Virus record (IMG/VR): IMGVR_UViG_3300032330_001252
Coordinates: 18,432-82,431 of that record
Origin: a virus
Lineage: Duplodnaviria; Caudoviricetes
Strand: one strand, 5' to 3'
DNA length: 64,000 bases
Below, one piece after another: positions 37,427 to 47,563 of the stretch; position 1 is the stretch's first letter; each line of letters opens with the position of its first letter. The notes beneath the pieces are model-generated. The model was not told the origin of the DNA. It ran no database searches and worked only from the letters and a program-made list of their open reading frames with translations. The position numbers and the translations under genes are program-made.

Positions 37427-39391
37427 TTATTTAATTGGGCAAGCGCCCGTTGCACACTCAGCATCCAGAATCTCATCGAAGCTGTTGGTGTTATTTAAGT
37501 CGACTTCAACTAATGTTTTTACATATTCGGTGTAGTCTTCTTCGGTTACAACTTCTTGTGGAAGGTATAAGTAACCTAAATCTTTTGCAGTTTTGGTTGG
37601 GTCTGTACGATAGATGAAACTAACACCTACATAACAATCCCAGTTATCCAATAACCAGCTAATAATATCTTCTACTTCGCTAGGGTCATAGCTAATAGTT
37701 ACGGATGTATTTTGTTGATTCCAACTAGTTTGTAGCAACTTATATCGTTCTAACTGTAATACAGCAGATTCGATATTAACTTCTTTGCCAGCAACTTTGT
37801 CAAATACTACGCCGTCCCACATTACCGGAAACGTAACAAGAACTCCAGAATCATCAACAGGATGATTAATAACACGATAATTCGCTTGACGTAGCTTTTC
37901 AACCACCGGGTCATGTTTCGAGAATTGAACATTGTTGAAAATATACTTTCCTAGTGGCTTGTGTACACCTTCGGTAGTATCCATAATCTTGGATAGGGTT
38001 CCTGAAGGCTTAATACAAGTAACATTTTTAGGAGCTGGTAAGCCTAATTCATGAGCCATACCAATAGCAGCACCAGTAGCGGTACGTTTTAGGTACTCAT
38101 AGTCATAACCAGTCATATCAGGACGTTTAGCGATACCGGTGAGGCCGACTCCACAAAGACGCAAGAAGTAGTTGTTGAGGTGCCAGGATTCTTGCAAAAT
38201 ACCATCTTGTAAGTTAACACAAGTTTGTCTGTAGTTTGCACGAGCCGCCAATCTGATGGCTGCATGGAGTCCAGCTGTGTCACCCTTGAACTTGGCGATA
38301 TCTGTTTCCGTGAGGTTACAGAAACTTTTATTTCCGAGCAAGATCTCGACACATGGGTTTGCGCCCTTAAACCAAGGGGCTCTGCGTAATGCTTCAACTT
38401 CGTTGATAAAACCTGGTTCACTTCCGCCTGCCTCCAACATTAATTGGAAAATCTTTTCTAGATCACTACGCAATGGTTTTTCTTTGAATACCAAGCTGTT
38501 ATTAGATTGTGTGCGGTGTGCATTGTTATGCAACCACCAATCTTTTTTGGCTACAGCAAACTCTTCCCACTCTGGTTGACCGTAATCGAAAAGCGCGATC
38601 TCAGCACTGCGACGACTGGATAAAATAGTGCCAAGATGGTTAACAATGTCAAGAATATCCATCCTAGTAAGTAAACTGTCAGCACGACCATTAAGTATAT
38701 TGGCGATAGCAACATAAGCAACACTAATTGCGCTATCACCTGAACTAATCCAGCCATATCCTTTTAACCTTTCACCAGCAGGTCGAAGCTGACTAAAGTC
38801 CAGAACCAGAGTATCAGCAGGATACTTCCCAGCCAATAGTTTTCCGATTGATTTAGCCCACGCTTCTGCGGAGTCTCCAACTTGGATAGTCCAAGTTTTA
38901 GTTTCTGCATCCCATTTTTCCACATTGTGTTCATTTCCACCCTTCTCAGTACGCTCACTACGAACTACTCGAATATTCTTAATTGGGTTTGAAAACCCGT
39001 TTAGTGTACCTACAATGGGCTTAAATCCAACTCCACAACCTTGTAGTAACAACCATAGAACGTCAACTACGTCATAAATGGTCTCAACGTGTGTAAAACT
39101 ACAATTAAATTGTGATGCCTCACGGCTTTTAGCTACGTTAGTTCCGCCTAGCCAAAGTGTGCGTCCGCTCATTGATACTTTACGATCTAGCATTAATTGC
39201 TCAAGATCATATAATTCTGCGTATTCTTGGTCATTTAAATCACGACCTGCTGCTCGTTCCCATAACCATTGTTGATGGTCAATAACGCGGGCAACTGTTT
39301 CTTGCCAAGTTTCAAATTGTTTTCCGTCGTCTGAAGTTGGTCTATTATATGTACGACGTGTAATTACTTGTGCTCTTGTACTTGGGTTCAT
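37427..39391 (-). CDS. nrdJ: Class II (AdoCbl-dependent) monomeric ribonucleotide reductase
   Basis: RTYNR...TWQETVARV; GRTLW; NCSF; GANPCVEI; TCIKPSGT; C-terminal CATGACPIK redox pair. Confidence 0.92.
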   Translation of the reverse strand: MNPSTRAQVITRRTYNRPTSDDGKQFETWQETVARVIDHQQWLWERAAGRDLNDQEYAELYDLEQLMLDRKVSMSGRTLWLGGTNVAKSREASQFNCSFTHVETIYDVVDVLWLLLQGCGVGFKPIVGTLNGFSNPIKNIRVVRSERTEKGGNEHNVEKWDAETKTWTIQVGDSAEAWAKSIGKLLAGKYPADTLVLDFSQLRPAGERLKGYGWISSGDSAISVAYVAIANILNGRADSLLTRMDILDIVNHLGTILSSRRSAEIALFDYGQPEWEEFAVAKKDWWLHNNAHRTQSNNSLVFKEKPLRSDLEKIFQLMLEAGGSEPGFINEVEALRRAPWFKGANPCVEILLGNKSFCNLTETDIAKFKGDTAGLHAAIRLAARANYRQTCVNLQDGILQESWHLNNYFLRLCGVGLTGIAKRPDMTGYDYEYLKRTATGAAIGMAHELGLPAPKNVTCIKPSGTLSKIMDTTEGVHKPLGKYIFNNVQFSKHDPVVEKLRQANYRVINHPVDDSGVLVTFPVMWDGVVFDKVAGKEVNIESAVLQLERYKLLQTSWNQQNTSVTISYDPSEVEDIISWLLDNWDCYVGVSFIYRTDPTKTAKDLGYLYLPQEVVTEEDYTEYVKTLVEVDLNNTNSFDEILDAECATGACPIK

Positions 39392-39398
39392 GCTATCC

Positions 39399-39872
39399 TT
39401 ATGTGCCAGTACTGCCGAATCCGCCAGTACCGCGTTGTGTGTCGTTCCAAATATCTGTAAATTCTGGTAGCAAAACTGGCATAATAACTAGTTGAGCAAT
39501 TCTGTCACCACGCTGAATTTTATATGGGTCTTCTGAAATATTTTTTAACAGGACTTTGATTTCCCCACGGTAATCCGCGTCAATAACGCCTACGCTGTGA
39601 GGGATAGTAATTCCCTTTTTTCCTTGAGAGCTTCTGTTAAAAACAAAGCCTGCGTAGCCCTCTGGAATTTTTGTCGCTACTCCTGTACCAACAAGTTTTT
39701 GTTCGCCAGGATAGATTTCCAAATCTTCAATGCTCATTAAATCTGCACCAGCATCGGTGGGATTAGCACGTTTTGGAAGAAACTGTTTGTCTTCGACTAG
39801 ACAAGGAATTTGTTGTTTGATTGATACTCCACGACTGTGATCGTAGGTTTGGTTAATGTTTAAAAAGCTCAT
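39399..39872 (-). CDS. dut: dUTPase (trimeric)
   Basis: AGADL; RSS; GVIDADYRG; RIAQLV; RGTGGFGSTG. Confidence 0.95.
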   Translation of the reverse strand: MSFLNINQTYDHSRGVSIKQQIPCLVEDKQFLPKRANPTDAGADLMSIEDLEIYPGEQKLVGTGVATKIPEGYAGFVFNRSSQGKKGITIPHSVGVIDADYRGEIKVLLKNISEDPYKIQRGDRIAQLVIMPVLLPEFTDIWNDTQRGTGGFGSTGT

Positions 39873-40714
39873 TTTAAATAGATTTCTAGGGTTTCGTCAA
39901 TTTGTTTGCAGTTTTCAACACCAATGGCATCTTCACTATAAGTGACCAAATCCATTAGCTGATAGTTTAGCATTAATTGATCTTTACATTGATTTAGTTC
40001 TTGGATGTATTTATATTTACCACTAATTGGAATACTTGCAATAATATCGTAAGTACTGCCATATTCATTAACAAGTCCCACGGCTCGTTTAGGCCCAATA
40101 CCAGGCACCCCAGCAACATTATCACCACTATCGCCTGTAAGACACTTAATACTAATGTAGTCTTCGGGCTCAAAATCATAGTGGTCATTCCAGTTATCAA
40201 CTGTGACTTCTTTTCGTGTAACATAGCTAAATCTTGAAATATCTGGTTGTACAAGCAAATCCCAATCTCGGTCTGAACTAATCAGCCAAATCTGATCAAC
40301 GGGTAGTTTGGATTTTTGTTTTACGATATATGCGGCAATATCGTCAGCCTCTACGCCCTGAAACTTAATAACAGGATAATCTGTATTATCTTGTATATAT
40401 TCTAGTGTCTTTTGGAATTCTTCAAAGAACAATTCAAAGGCGGCTTTTTCAGCATCAGTTTGAGTCTCAAACTTGTCTTTACGATTTTGTTTGTATTCTG
40501 GGTAGATTGCTTTGCGATAGCTAGACGAACCTTGGTCACAAGCAAGAATAACTTTCTTGGCTTTGTAACTTTTCTTGAGGCTGTCAACTGTGCGTAAGTA
40601 GTCTACTGCAAAATCAGTAGCTCCACTATGTTTATATCGAAATGCGAGGTTGAGCGCATCTACTACCATTAAGGTATTATCAGGCTCAGATACTTGTTGA
40701 AAACTTTTGCTCAT
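39869..40714 (-). CDS. 5'-3' exonuclease/flap endonuclease (T5 D15-like)
   Basis: VVDALN; EADD; SSDRD; GDSGDNVAGVPGIGPKRA; T5 synteny next to dut. Confidence 0.93.
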   Translation of the reverse strand: MSKSFQQVSEPDNTLMVVDALNLAFRYKHSGATDFAVDYLRTVDSLKKSYKAKKVILACDQGSSSYRKAIYPEYKQNRKDKFETQTDAEKAAFELFFEEFQKTLEYIQDNTDYPVIKFQGVEADDIAAYIVKQKSKLPVDQIWLISSDRDWDLLVQPDISRFSYVTRKEVTVDNWNDHYDFEPEDYISIKCLTGDSGDNVAGVPGIGPKRAVGLVNEYGSTYDIIASIPISGKYKYIQELNQCKDQLMLNYQLMDLVTYSEDAIGVENCKQIDETLEIYLK

Positions 40715-40744
40715 TTTTAGTAATATTGTGTGGTTTAAGTATAT

Positions 40745-40773
40745 ATTATACCCTAAATTGCAATCTAAGTCAA
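40745..40773 (-). promoter_or_regulatory. sigma70-type phage promoter
   Basis: TTGACT-N17-TATAAT(ATAT). Confidence 0.8.
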
Positions 40774-41222
40774 GTTACAAATTTGGGTTGCTCGTTTACT
40801 AACCAGTCTTCTAGTAGTGCTACATAGAACTCATGTTCGTCTATGGAAACGAATAGGTATCTATAGTTGGCTGTGGGCATGTCTAAAAATGCAACAAATA
40901 TCTTTGATCGGTCAAATTTAAATGCTAATAGCGGTTTTTTATTTACTTGTTGGCCTTGACGCACTGATTGTTTCCAAAACTCAATTAACTGTGGATTTTT
41001 ACCAGTTAATAGCGCGCTGGATATATGGTCTTCCGCATAACCTTTTACTTCTACTGCATATAAGTTAGTTCGCCCAGGCACATATAAGTCTGCCTTTAGC
41101 TGATGTTTAGGGTCAAGGGCACCTGATCCAGGAACCCTCTCCCAACCTAATCCTGTATGCTTTTTAAGAGCATCACGTACTACAGTTTCAGTGCGAGCAC
41201 CTTTTGCTCTGCTATCGACCAT
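40770..41222 (-). CDS. Holliday junction resolvase-like PD-(D/E)XK nuclease (T5 D14-like)
   Basis: SRAKGARTE; ADLYVP; VEVK; synteny. Confidence 0.85.
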   Translation of the reverse strand: MVDSRAKGARTETVVRDALKKHTGLGWERVPGSGALDPKHQLKADLYVPGRTNLYAVEVKGYAEDHISSALLTGKNPQLIEFWKQSVRQGQQVNKKPLLAFKFDRSKIFVAFLDMPTANYRYLFVSIDEHEFYVALLEDWLVNEQPKFVT

Positions 41223-41540
41223 TTAGGTTTTTGCTTTTGGATTTACAATAACTGGAGCTTCTGTAGCGGCTACTGTATCTTCTACAACTACTTCTTGTGT
41301 TACTGGAATAGCTTCTGGAACAGGAGTAACTACAGCTTCGGCTTCAGTAGCAATTTCTGTGCCACGAAATTCAAGTGTGCAATTAGGGTCAACGCGAACT
41401 GTAACAGTACCACTACCAACAACAGTTAAACTTGAACGCTCATGATCGCTAAAGTAGTCACCTACTTTTAGCTCATACATACTGCCAGTTTCACGAACAA
41501 TAGTAGCTACTACTGAACCGTTAATTTCTTCTAAAATCAT
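41223..41540 (-). CDS. Hypothetical protein inserted between D13 and D14
   Basis: Beta-rich N-terminus and an A/E/T/P-rich tail; tightly packed between its neighbours. Confidence 0.6.
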   Translation of the reverse strand: MILEEINGSVVATIVRETGSMYELKVGDYFSDHERSSLTVVGSGTVTVRVDPNCTLEFRGTEIATEAEAVVTPVPEAIPVTQEVVVEDTVAATEAPVIVNPKAKT

Positions 41541-41541
41541 A

Positions 41542-43380
41542 TTATACCTCTATTTGTGAGATGTTATTACGTTTCGACACATTTACTTTTTCCAGTAATG
41601 GATGAGTAAATCCATGTGAAACAAGGAAAGTATTCAAATGCTCTTCACGCAATAATACTTCTACTAGTTTTTCTTTACCGTCAACATCTAATGTTTCGAC
41701 AGTTTCATCTAGTATCAATAGATTAATTCTTGAACTAGACAACGTTTGCATTAGCTTTCGTATAGCTAATAGTGTTGCCACATTAACACGAGCTTTTTCA
41801 CCACCTGATAATGCTAAAATTTCAATATCTTTGCCATTATCAGTAATAACCACATTTAATTTATCACTAGCACTGACTTTAAATCCTATTTGGAATCTGC
41901 CGTCAGATAAGTCAATTAAATATTTGTTAGTAATTTCTTCTAGATCTTTTACTAAACACTCGATTTTGTAAGCAACTAAACCTGTAGTAGAAAACGTTTT
42001 AGTTAGTACGTTTACTACTGACATTTTTTCACTTAGTTCATGTAATTTAGAACTATATGTTTCTAGTTCTGCGTTCATTTCCGTTAATTGACTACTAATA
42101 GTATCAACTTTGGAATTATGAGTACTAGCTGCTACATTTTGTTTCTCAGCTTGTGCTATTGCAGTTTTAAGATTAGTTAGTGCAACTTGAAGTGCCGTAA
42201 ATTTAGACTCAAGTTCGTTTTTATCTAATAAATCTTCTTGTAACTCAGTATTAATTAACTGATGATACTTTTCCCATTCATCGCGAGCTTTGTTAGCCGA
42301 TTCCCATGCTGTAGATTTAGTAGTAAATTCTTGTTTAATTAACTCTATTTCTTTTAATCTAGTATTAATTATAGCTATTTTTGAACTAGCTTCTTGCTGT
42401 ATAGCTTGTTGTTCTGCTATAAGCGCCGATATTTTTGCTTCGTCAATAGACTGTAAACAAGTAGGGCATGTTCCATGTAGTGCACCTATTTTTTTAATAA
42501 ATGCATCTGAGTCTTTTACAGATTTACTTAATTCAATAGAACTAGTATTAAGTTGTTTAACTTCTGGAGTTAATACACTAACTGTATCTACTGGAGTTTC
42601 TGGTACAGGAAATAATTTAATTCTAGACTGTATTTGTTTATAGGTGTTATTCTGAGTAATCTTTTTATTTGTGGATTCTAGTCCACGAATTTTAGAATCT
42701 AATTCTGCTACTTCTGCAACTAAACTATCTTCTATTACTGGAACTTCACAGTATTCTTTGTGAGATAAATCCATTTTAGAATACTTATCTAACCAACTAT
42801 TTACAGTGTTTACTTGAGACTGTACTGCTGTAATATCCTTAGATAATTCTTGACTTACTTCTTTGAAAATTTCTTGCGCTCTAGTGTACTTGCCTAAATT
42901 TAAAATTTCAATAAGAAACTTTTTACGGGCAGTATCAGCTGCAGTTAAAAATTCTAAACTACTAGCGTTGGATTGATAAACAATTTGACTAAATGTCTTA
43001 TGATCAAATCCTAAAATATCTTCAATCATTTTGTAAGTGGCTGTGGCTGTGTGAGCACTAATGTCCATACCACTTTTAAACAACTTAACAGTTTGACTAG
43101 TACCACGACTAGTTTTAATTTGATACTCAGTACCATCTCGTTCAAAGTCAAGTTCAATACTGTAGTTTTTATCTTTTACATAGCGGTTTAAAATATCCGC
43201 TTTTTTGATTGATTTGGAGTTTTTGTTGAACAAAACTTCTTCAAGAATAAGGGCTATGGAACTTTTTCCATGCCCGTTCTTTCCTACAAGTTGCGTCAGT
43301 GGCGCAGCAACAAAATTTATGGTGTTATCTTTTCCATAACTAAACGCATTACTCCAACTTAGCCTTTTGATTGTTATCAT
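41542..43380 (-). CDS. SbcC/Rad50-like recombination ATPase (T5 D13-like)
   Basis: GKNGHGKS; central CPTC zinc hook in a coiled coil; LSGGE; LDE. Confidence 0.93.
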   Translation of the reverse strand: MITIKRLSWSNAFSYGKDNTINFVAAPLTQLVGKNGHGKSSIALILEEVLFNKNSKSIKKADILNRYVKDKNYSIELDFERDGTEYQIKTSRGTSQTVKLFKSGMDISAHTATATYKMIEDILGFDHKTFSQIVYQSNASSLEFLTAADTARKKFLIEILNLGKYTRAQEIFKEVSQELSKDITAVQSQVNTVNSWLDKYSKMDLSHKEYCEVPVIEDSLVAEVAELDSKIRGLESTNKKITQNNTYKQIQSRIKLFPVPETPVDTVSVLTPEVKQLNTSSIELSKSVKDSDAFIKKIGALHGTCPTCLQSIDEAKISALIAEQQAIQQEASSKIAIINTRLKEIELIKQEFTTKSTAWESANKARDEWEKYHQLINTELQEDLLDKNELESKFTALQVALTNLKTAIAQAEKQNVAASTHNSKVDTISSQLTEMNAELETYSSKLHELSEKMSVVNVLTKTFSTTGLVAYKIECLVKDLEEITNKYLIDLSDGRFQIGFKVSASDKLNVVITDNGKDIEILALSGGEKARVNVATLLAIRKLMQTLSSSRINLLILDETVETLDVDGKEKLVEVLLREEHLNTFLVSHGFTHPLLEKVNVSKRNNISQIEV

Positions 43381-43627
43381 GTTCTAGTAATCTTTTCTTT
43401 AATTCGTGTAATCCGCCAATTAATTCTCCATCTAAGAAGATTTGCGGTACACTGCGTGCGTTTGGAACTTTAGAGATTAAGTCTTTTTTACTATAACCAT
43501 TAACGCCAAGCATACATTCAGTATAACTAATTGACCTTTGTTCTAGTAATCTTTTTGCTTCTGAGCAGGCAGGGCAATTTGTTTGTGACCAAACTTCTGC
43601 TTTAAGATGATTCAATTTTTTCTGCAT
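43349..43627 (-). CDS. grx: Glutaredoxin
   Basis: CPAC active site; RSVPQIFLDGELIGG. Confidence 0.88.
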   Translation of the reverse strand: MQKKLNHLKAEVWSQTNCPACSEAKRLLEQRSISYTECMLGVNGYSKKDLISKVPNARSVPQIFLDGELIGGLHELKKRLLEHDNNQKAKLE

Positions 43628-44558
43628 AATTTTGCATTTCCTTTAAAACAGCTTCTACAGTATTGTCTGGTAACTCTAAGATATAGGTTAAATATTCTTT
43701 GACTTCTTCGGTTAGACTCATTTCAGGGTCTAACATTAGTGCACTATCTGTATCTCGCTTGATGACTTTACGATCAATTAACTCACTGTCTTCTAGCTCT
43801 CCCAGTTCGTGCATATCACCTTCCACTTGGTAAATGGTATGGTCATAATCTGTCGCTGGTTTAGGGTCAGCAACTCCAACGGTTTTTCTGATAAGCTGAG
43901 GTAAGCTGAATTTGAGCCATACGTGATCCAAAGTACTAGAATCAAGCAAAATAGCTCCAGTGTCCACGGAACTCCTGTGAAAACTAGTGGTATAAGGGCT
44001 GCCTGGATACAGAATATTAAGTTGCGAATTTTCATAACTATGTAAGTCTCCTGCTAACACAATATCCCAGCGTTTAAATAATTCTAGATCAACTTCTGGT
44101 TTAACGTGCGGTGGGATTTCGCCACGAACATGGGTACAACAAATTTTGCCATGTGTTAAATGCGGAGCTTTTTCAAATTCTTTTAGTTTATTGTAAGGAA
44201 TAATATCTATACCATTTTGGCTATAGAAATCATCAATAACTTCTACTAGTGGATTTAGTCGATTAGTAGATTTTTTAAGATTTGTTAAGAAAGTTGTATC
44301 TTTCTTAAGCATTTCGTGATTACCTGGATAAATAATTGTTGGCTTATTAAAACTAGCCACAAAGTCAAAATACAACTCTACTTCATCCATTGTTGGTAAT
44401 CTGTCAAAAACATCACCACCAATAATTACTAAATCAGCTTGTTCTTGCATTTGTTGAAATTGCTCAACAAATAAACGAAAACGATTTTTTGCCCACTCAA
44501 TAGGTACGTTTTTTTGACCTAATTTTATATGTACATCAGCTGTGAATAGTATTTTCAT
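43602..44558 (-). CDS. SbcD/Mre11-like nuclease (T5 D12-like)
   Basis: ADVH; GGDVFD; GNHE; GDLH; YPGSP. Confidence 0.92.
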   Translation of the reverse strand: MKILFTADVHIKLGQKNVPIEWAKNRFRLFVEQFQQMQEQADLVIIGGDVFDRLPTMDEVELYFDFVASFNKPTIIYPGNHEMLKKDTTFLTNLKKSTNRLNPLVEVIDDFYSQNGIDIIPYNKLKEFEKAPHLTHGKICCTHVRGEIPPHVKPEVDLELFKRWDIVLAGDLHSYENSQLNILYPGSPYTTSFHRSSVDTGAILLDSSTLDHVWLKFSLPQLIRKTVGVADPKPATDYDHTIYQVEGDMHELGELEDSELIDRKVIKRDTDSALMLDPEMSLTEEVKEYLTYILELPDNTVEAVLKEMQNYAEKIESS

Positions 44559-44572
44559 ATTTTATAGACAAA

Positions 44573-44605
44573 ATAGCCCGCAAAGTGTTTAATTTTGCGG
44601 GCTAT
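44573..44605 (-). terminator. Terminator after the SSB gene
   Basis: atagcccgcaaa...tttgcgggctat stem with a T run on the minus strand. Confidence 0.8.
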
Positions 44606-44609
44606 AGTT

Positions 44610-45257
44610 TTAACCTAAGTCTTTAACGGCTTCACGCTCTGCTTCAGAGGTACCGTCTTCGCTTTCATCATCACTGTTTGTGGTGATTTTTGTTAATAGA
44701 GCCAACACTTCATCTTCTGTTGGGCGAGTGTATTTTTCATCAATTGATTTAGATGCGTTAACTAATTCACGTTCTGCATCTGAAAGTGCACGAGTTTTGC
44801 AACGCAACACTTGCAACTGGTACTCAACATTATAAGCCAATGGGCCTGTCTTTACTCGTTTGAAAACAATATCCCAACCTGTATCGAAATCTGTAGGATC
44901 ACCTAAGTCTTCGGCTGCTGTCAAAATTTGTTCAAAGAGTTTTTTCTTTAAGTTAAGGGCTTTAACCTTACCATCTTTAGGGTCAATACAATTAACTGTG
45001 TATGACCAGCTGCATTTTAGATCTGGAAAAAAGTCAGGCACATGATCTTTTTGTAGATTGTCAAACTTTTCTTTGTCGCGGCTAAATGCCAAGCACTCTA
45101 CTGGAATGTCCTTGTTGTTAGAACCTTTCAACCAGTAAATATAGCGGGGAAGAACTCCACCAACTAAACGTACTACATTCTCACCATCTTTGTATTCATA
45201 AGACTCGACTTTGTTTGATTGTGCTTTGCCTTTTGTGTTCTTGAAGCTAATTGCCAT
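44610..45257 (-). CDS. Single-stranded DNA-binding protein (T5 D11-like)
   Basis: Acidic C-terminus; T5 synteny; MAISFKNTKGKA start. Confidence 0.8.
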   Translation of the reverse strand: MAISFKNTKGKAQSNKVESYEYKDGENVVRLVGGVLPRYIYWLKGSNNKDIPVECLAFSRDKEKFDNLQKDHVPDFFPDLKCSWSYTVNCIDPKDGKVKALNLKKKLFEQILTAAEDLGDPTDFDTGWDIVFKRVKTGPLAYNVEYQLQVLRCKTRALSDAERELVNASKSIDEKYTRPTEDEVLALLTKITTNSDDESEDGTSEAEREAVKDLG

Positions 45258-45259
45258 TT

Positions 45260-45652
45260 TTAATTTTCCTCGTACTTGAAGTATATTTTGTTTTGTGTTA
45301 TAGTGATTAGTGGGTTTGTTTTTATGTTATCTAGATCAATATCTTTAAAGTATGATAGGTCTAAGTATTTTACGTTGAATAGTTTGTATAAACTATAGTC
45401 GCGTCTACCCGCTAACTGTATATATTGTGATTTATAAATTATATCCGTTATATTATCAGCAAAAAACCCATCAGGGTTAATTAGATAACTATTACCAATT
45501 AAATTACGAATAGGTTTTACTTTTGAATAACTATTTTTAGGTATTTGTTTTTTAGTATAAAACAAGCGAAGCTTTTCAACCATTTGTTTAGGATTTCCTA
45601 AGGTTTCTGCTTCTAATACTGAAAGGTTAAAGAAAAGTATCATATTCGACAA
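45260..45652 (-). CDS. Conserved T5-like hypothetical protein
   Basis: Lies between D10 and D11 as in T5; YIQLAGRRDY motif. Confidence 0.65.
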   Translation of the reverse strand: MSNMILFFNLSVLEAETLGNPKQMVEKLRLFYTKKQIPKNSYSKVKPIRNLIGNSYLINPDGFFADNITDIIYKSQYIQLAGRRDYSLYKLFNVKYLDLSYFKDIDLDNIKTNPLITITQNKIYFKYEEN

Positions 45653-45662
45653 CTTAATATAT

Positions 45663-45691
45663 ATTATACCAGGTTAACAAGCTATTTGCAA
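45663..45691 (-). promoter_or_regulatory. sigma70-type phage promoter
   Basis: TTGCAA-N17-TATAAT(ATAT). Confidence 0.8.
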
Positions 45692-45701
45692 GTTAATTTT
45701 T

Positions 45702-47006
45702 TTATATGGTAGTTATTTGCCAGCCTTTACGCATATATAGGCCAAGCCTATCGTTATTTTGTTTTTTATCGGCGTATCCAGCAAAATTAATGTCTACTAC
45801 TAACGGATCTAGTTTGTCTGGAAACTTTCGCTGTATCCTACCTACGATTTGTTCTAACAAACTATCGTTAGACATTGGTATGGCTAGTATTACACACGAG
45901 AGCCTGTTAATAGATATGCCTTCTGAGAAGATTTGACGAGAACCAGCAATGGCTCTTTTTTCTCCTGATAGTATTTGTTCTTTTGCAAGGTCTCTATCCC
46001 CTTCGGAACCAGTAACCAACAAACACGTTTCTCCAACATTTTCTTTAACTTTCCTTAAAAATTCAACTCTATCAGCAATAATTAGTACGCTGTGTCCGTT
46101 TAATATTTCTAGTTGAGCAATTTCACTGATAAATTTAACATATCGCTCGTTTTCACATAAGTCATTGATTTTCTCTACCCAAGTAGCACCAGGTTTTAGA
46201 GTAATTCCAGACCTTACTATTCGCACTAATGGTTTAAGTGTGTTTGCTTCTGGTGGTTTTAATACTATGTTACCAAAGTAGTCACCAAAAACAACGTGCT
46301 TTCCATCTTTACGAATCATTGTACCACTTAAGGCAATTCTGTATCTAGCATGAAACGCATCTACAGTAGTAGAAAATGTACTAGCAGGACAGTGATGTGC
46401 CTCATCTAGGATAACTAATCCAAATTCTTTGCTTAAAATAGGTAGATGTTTAACTATAGATTGTATATTTCCTACTACGATAGCTCGGTCTTCAATGTCA
46501 AATATTCCGCCACCAATAACACCTGGCTCCATACCATATAGGTGTTTAACTTCACCAATCCATTGGTCTCGCAAACTAGCAGTATGTGTAATAACAAGCG
46601 TGCGCTGACCAAACTTTTTAGCTAGGTAAAGAGCAGTAAAAGTTTTGCCCCAACCAGGTAAAGCATTAATAAATACTGAGTCATGTACTTGATCGTAGAT
46701 TACTTTTTGATCTTCTCGTAGAGGAAACTTAGGTTCTGGAAAAGGTACTGGTACTAATGTGCGTTTATCAATTAACTCATACCCTGATGGGATATAGTCT
46801 TGCCTACCTTGTGGCACACTTATAATGCCCTTAGGCAATATTTTGTAGTTTTTTATTGTTTCAATAGCAAAAAATTGCTTTGACCCAGTATCTTTTTTGA
46901 TTTTATAAGTAAGCTCTTTAATTATCTTTTTAGAGTGATCTACTCCAGGATCATCCATATAAATCCTGTTAGATATAACGGCTTTTGGCATTATATTAAT
47001 CTCCAA
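45702..47006 (-). CDS. SF2 helicase (T5 D10-like)
   Basis: ALPGWGKT; DEAHH; LSGT; EGIS; QIVGRIQR. Confidence 0.92.
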   Translation of the reverse strand: MEINIMPKAVISNRIYMDDPGVDHSKKIIKELTYKIKKDTGSKQFFAIETIKNYKILPKGIISVPQGRQDYIPSGYELIDKRTLVPVPFPEPKFPLREDQKVIYDQVHDSVFINALPGWGKTFTALYLAKKFGQRTLVITHTASLRDQWIGEVKHLYGMEPGVIGGGIFDIEDRAIVVGNIQSIVKHLPILSKEFGLVILDEAHHCPASTFSTTVDAFHARYRIALSGTMIRKDGKHVVFGDYFGNIVLKPPEANTLKPLVRIVRSGITLKPGATWVEKINDLCENERYVKFISEIAQLEILNGHSVLIIADRVEFLRKVKENVGETCLLVTGSEGDRDLAKEQILSGEKRAIAGSRQIFSEGISINRLSCVILAIPMSNDSLLEQIVGRIQRKFPDKLDPLVVDINFAGYADKKQNNDRLGLYMRKGWQITTI

Positions 47007-47563
47007 CTGTCTTTTCTAGTAACATCACTCAATCCGTACAAAATATGTATTTTATTGATTACTAGAAATACTGCGTACTGATGGAAATCTTGTGGGCGTT
47101 GTAAGCATTTAAATCTTTGGGATAGACCTTCTACTTCTAATACACATCCTAAGCCATCGGCAGGTAAAACTTGTTTAATCTTTTTTGTTATCAGTTTGGC
47201 GCGTGTATATTTTTTCCACTGAAATACTTTGCCTGCATTGTCAATAAACCATGTGGTTGATTTTGCAAGTTTTATTAAATCAGCTAAAAAATATATTGCT
47301 GTTGATATTTTATGTAATTTTATTTTTTTATCTTTTTGTAGAGCAAGTCTACGTAAACCTAATGTTTTTTGTGGCAGGTTGCTATCATCCACTATTTTAA
47401 ATGTTAAGCTAGTACTGTTACTTTCGTCTATGTACTCTGTATGGAAAAAGACCAAACCATTTTTCAGATTTGGTTCTTTTTCACTTAACTTAAAGACGGG
47501 CCATGTTATCGCCTGTAACGCCGTAAACTTCGTCGAAGTGTCCAAAGCTGTAGTCATCTCCAA
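46991..47563 (-). CDS. Conserved T5-like hypothetical protein (start uncertain)
   Basis: WPVFKL...TLGLRRL...FIDNAGKVF; lies between pol and D10. Confidence 0.65.
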   Translation of the reverse strand: MEMTTALDTSTKFTALQAITWPVFKLSEKEPNLKNGLVFFHTEYIDESNSTSLTFKIVDDSNLPQKTLGLRRLALQKDKKIKLHKISTAIYFLADLIKLAKSTTWFIDNAGKVFQWKKYTRAKLITKKIKQVLPADGLGCVLEVEGLSQRFKCLQRPQDFHQYAVFLVINKIHILYGLSDVTRKDSWRLI

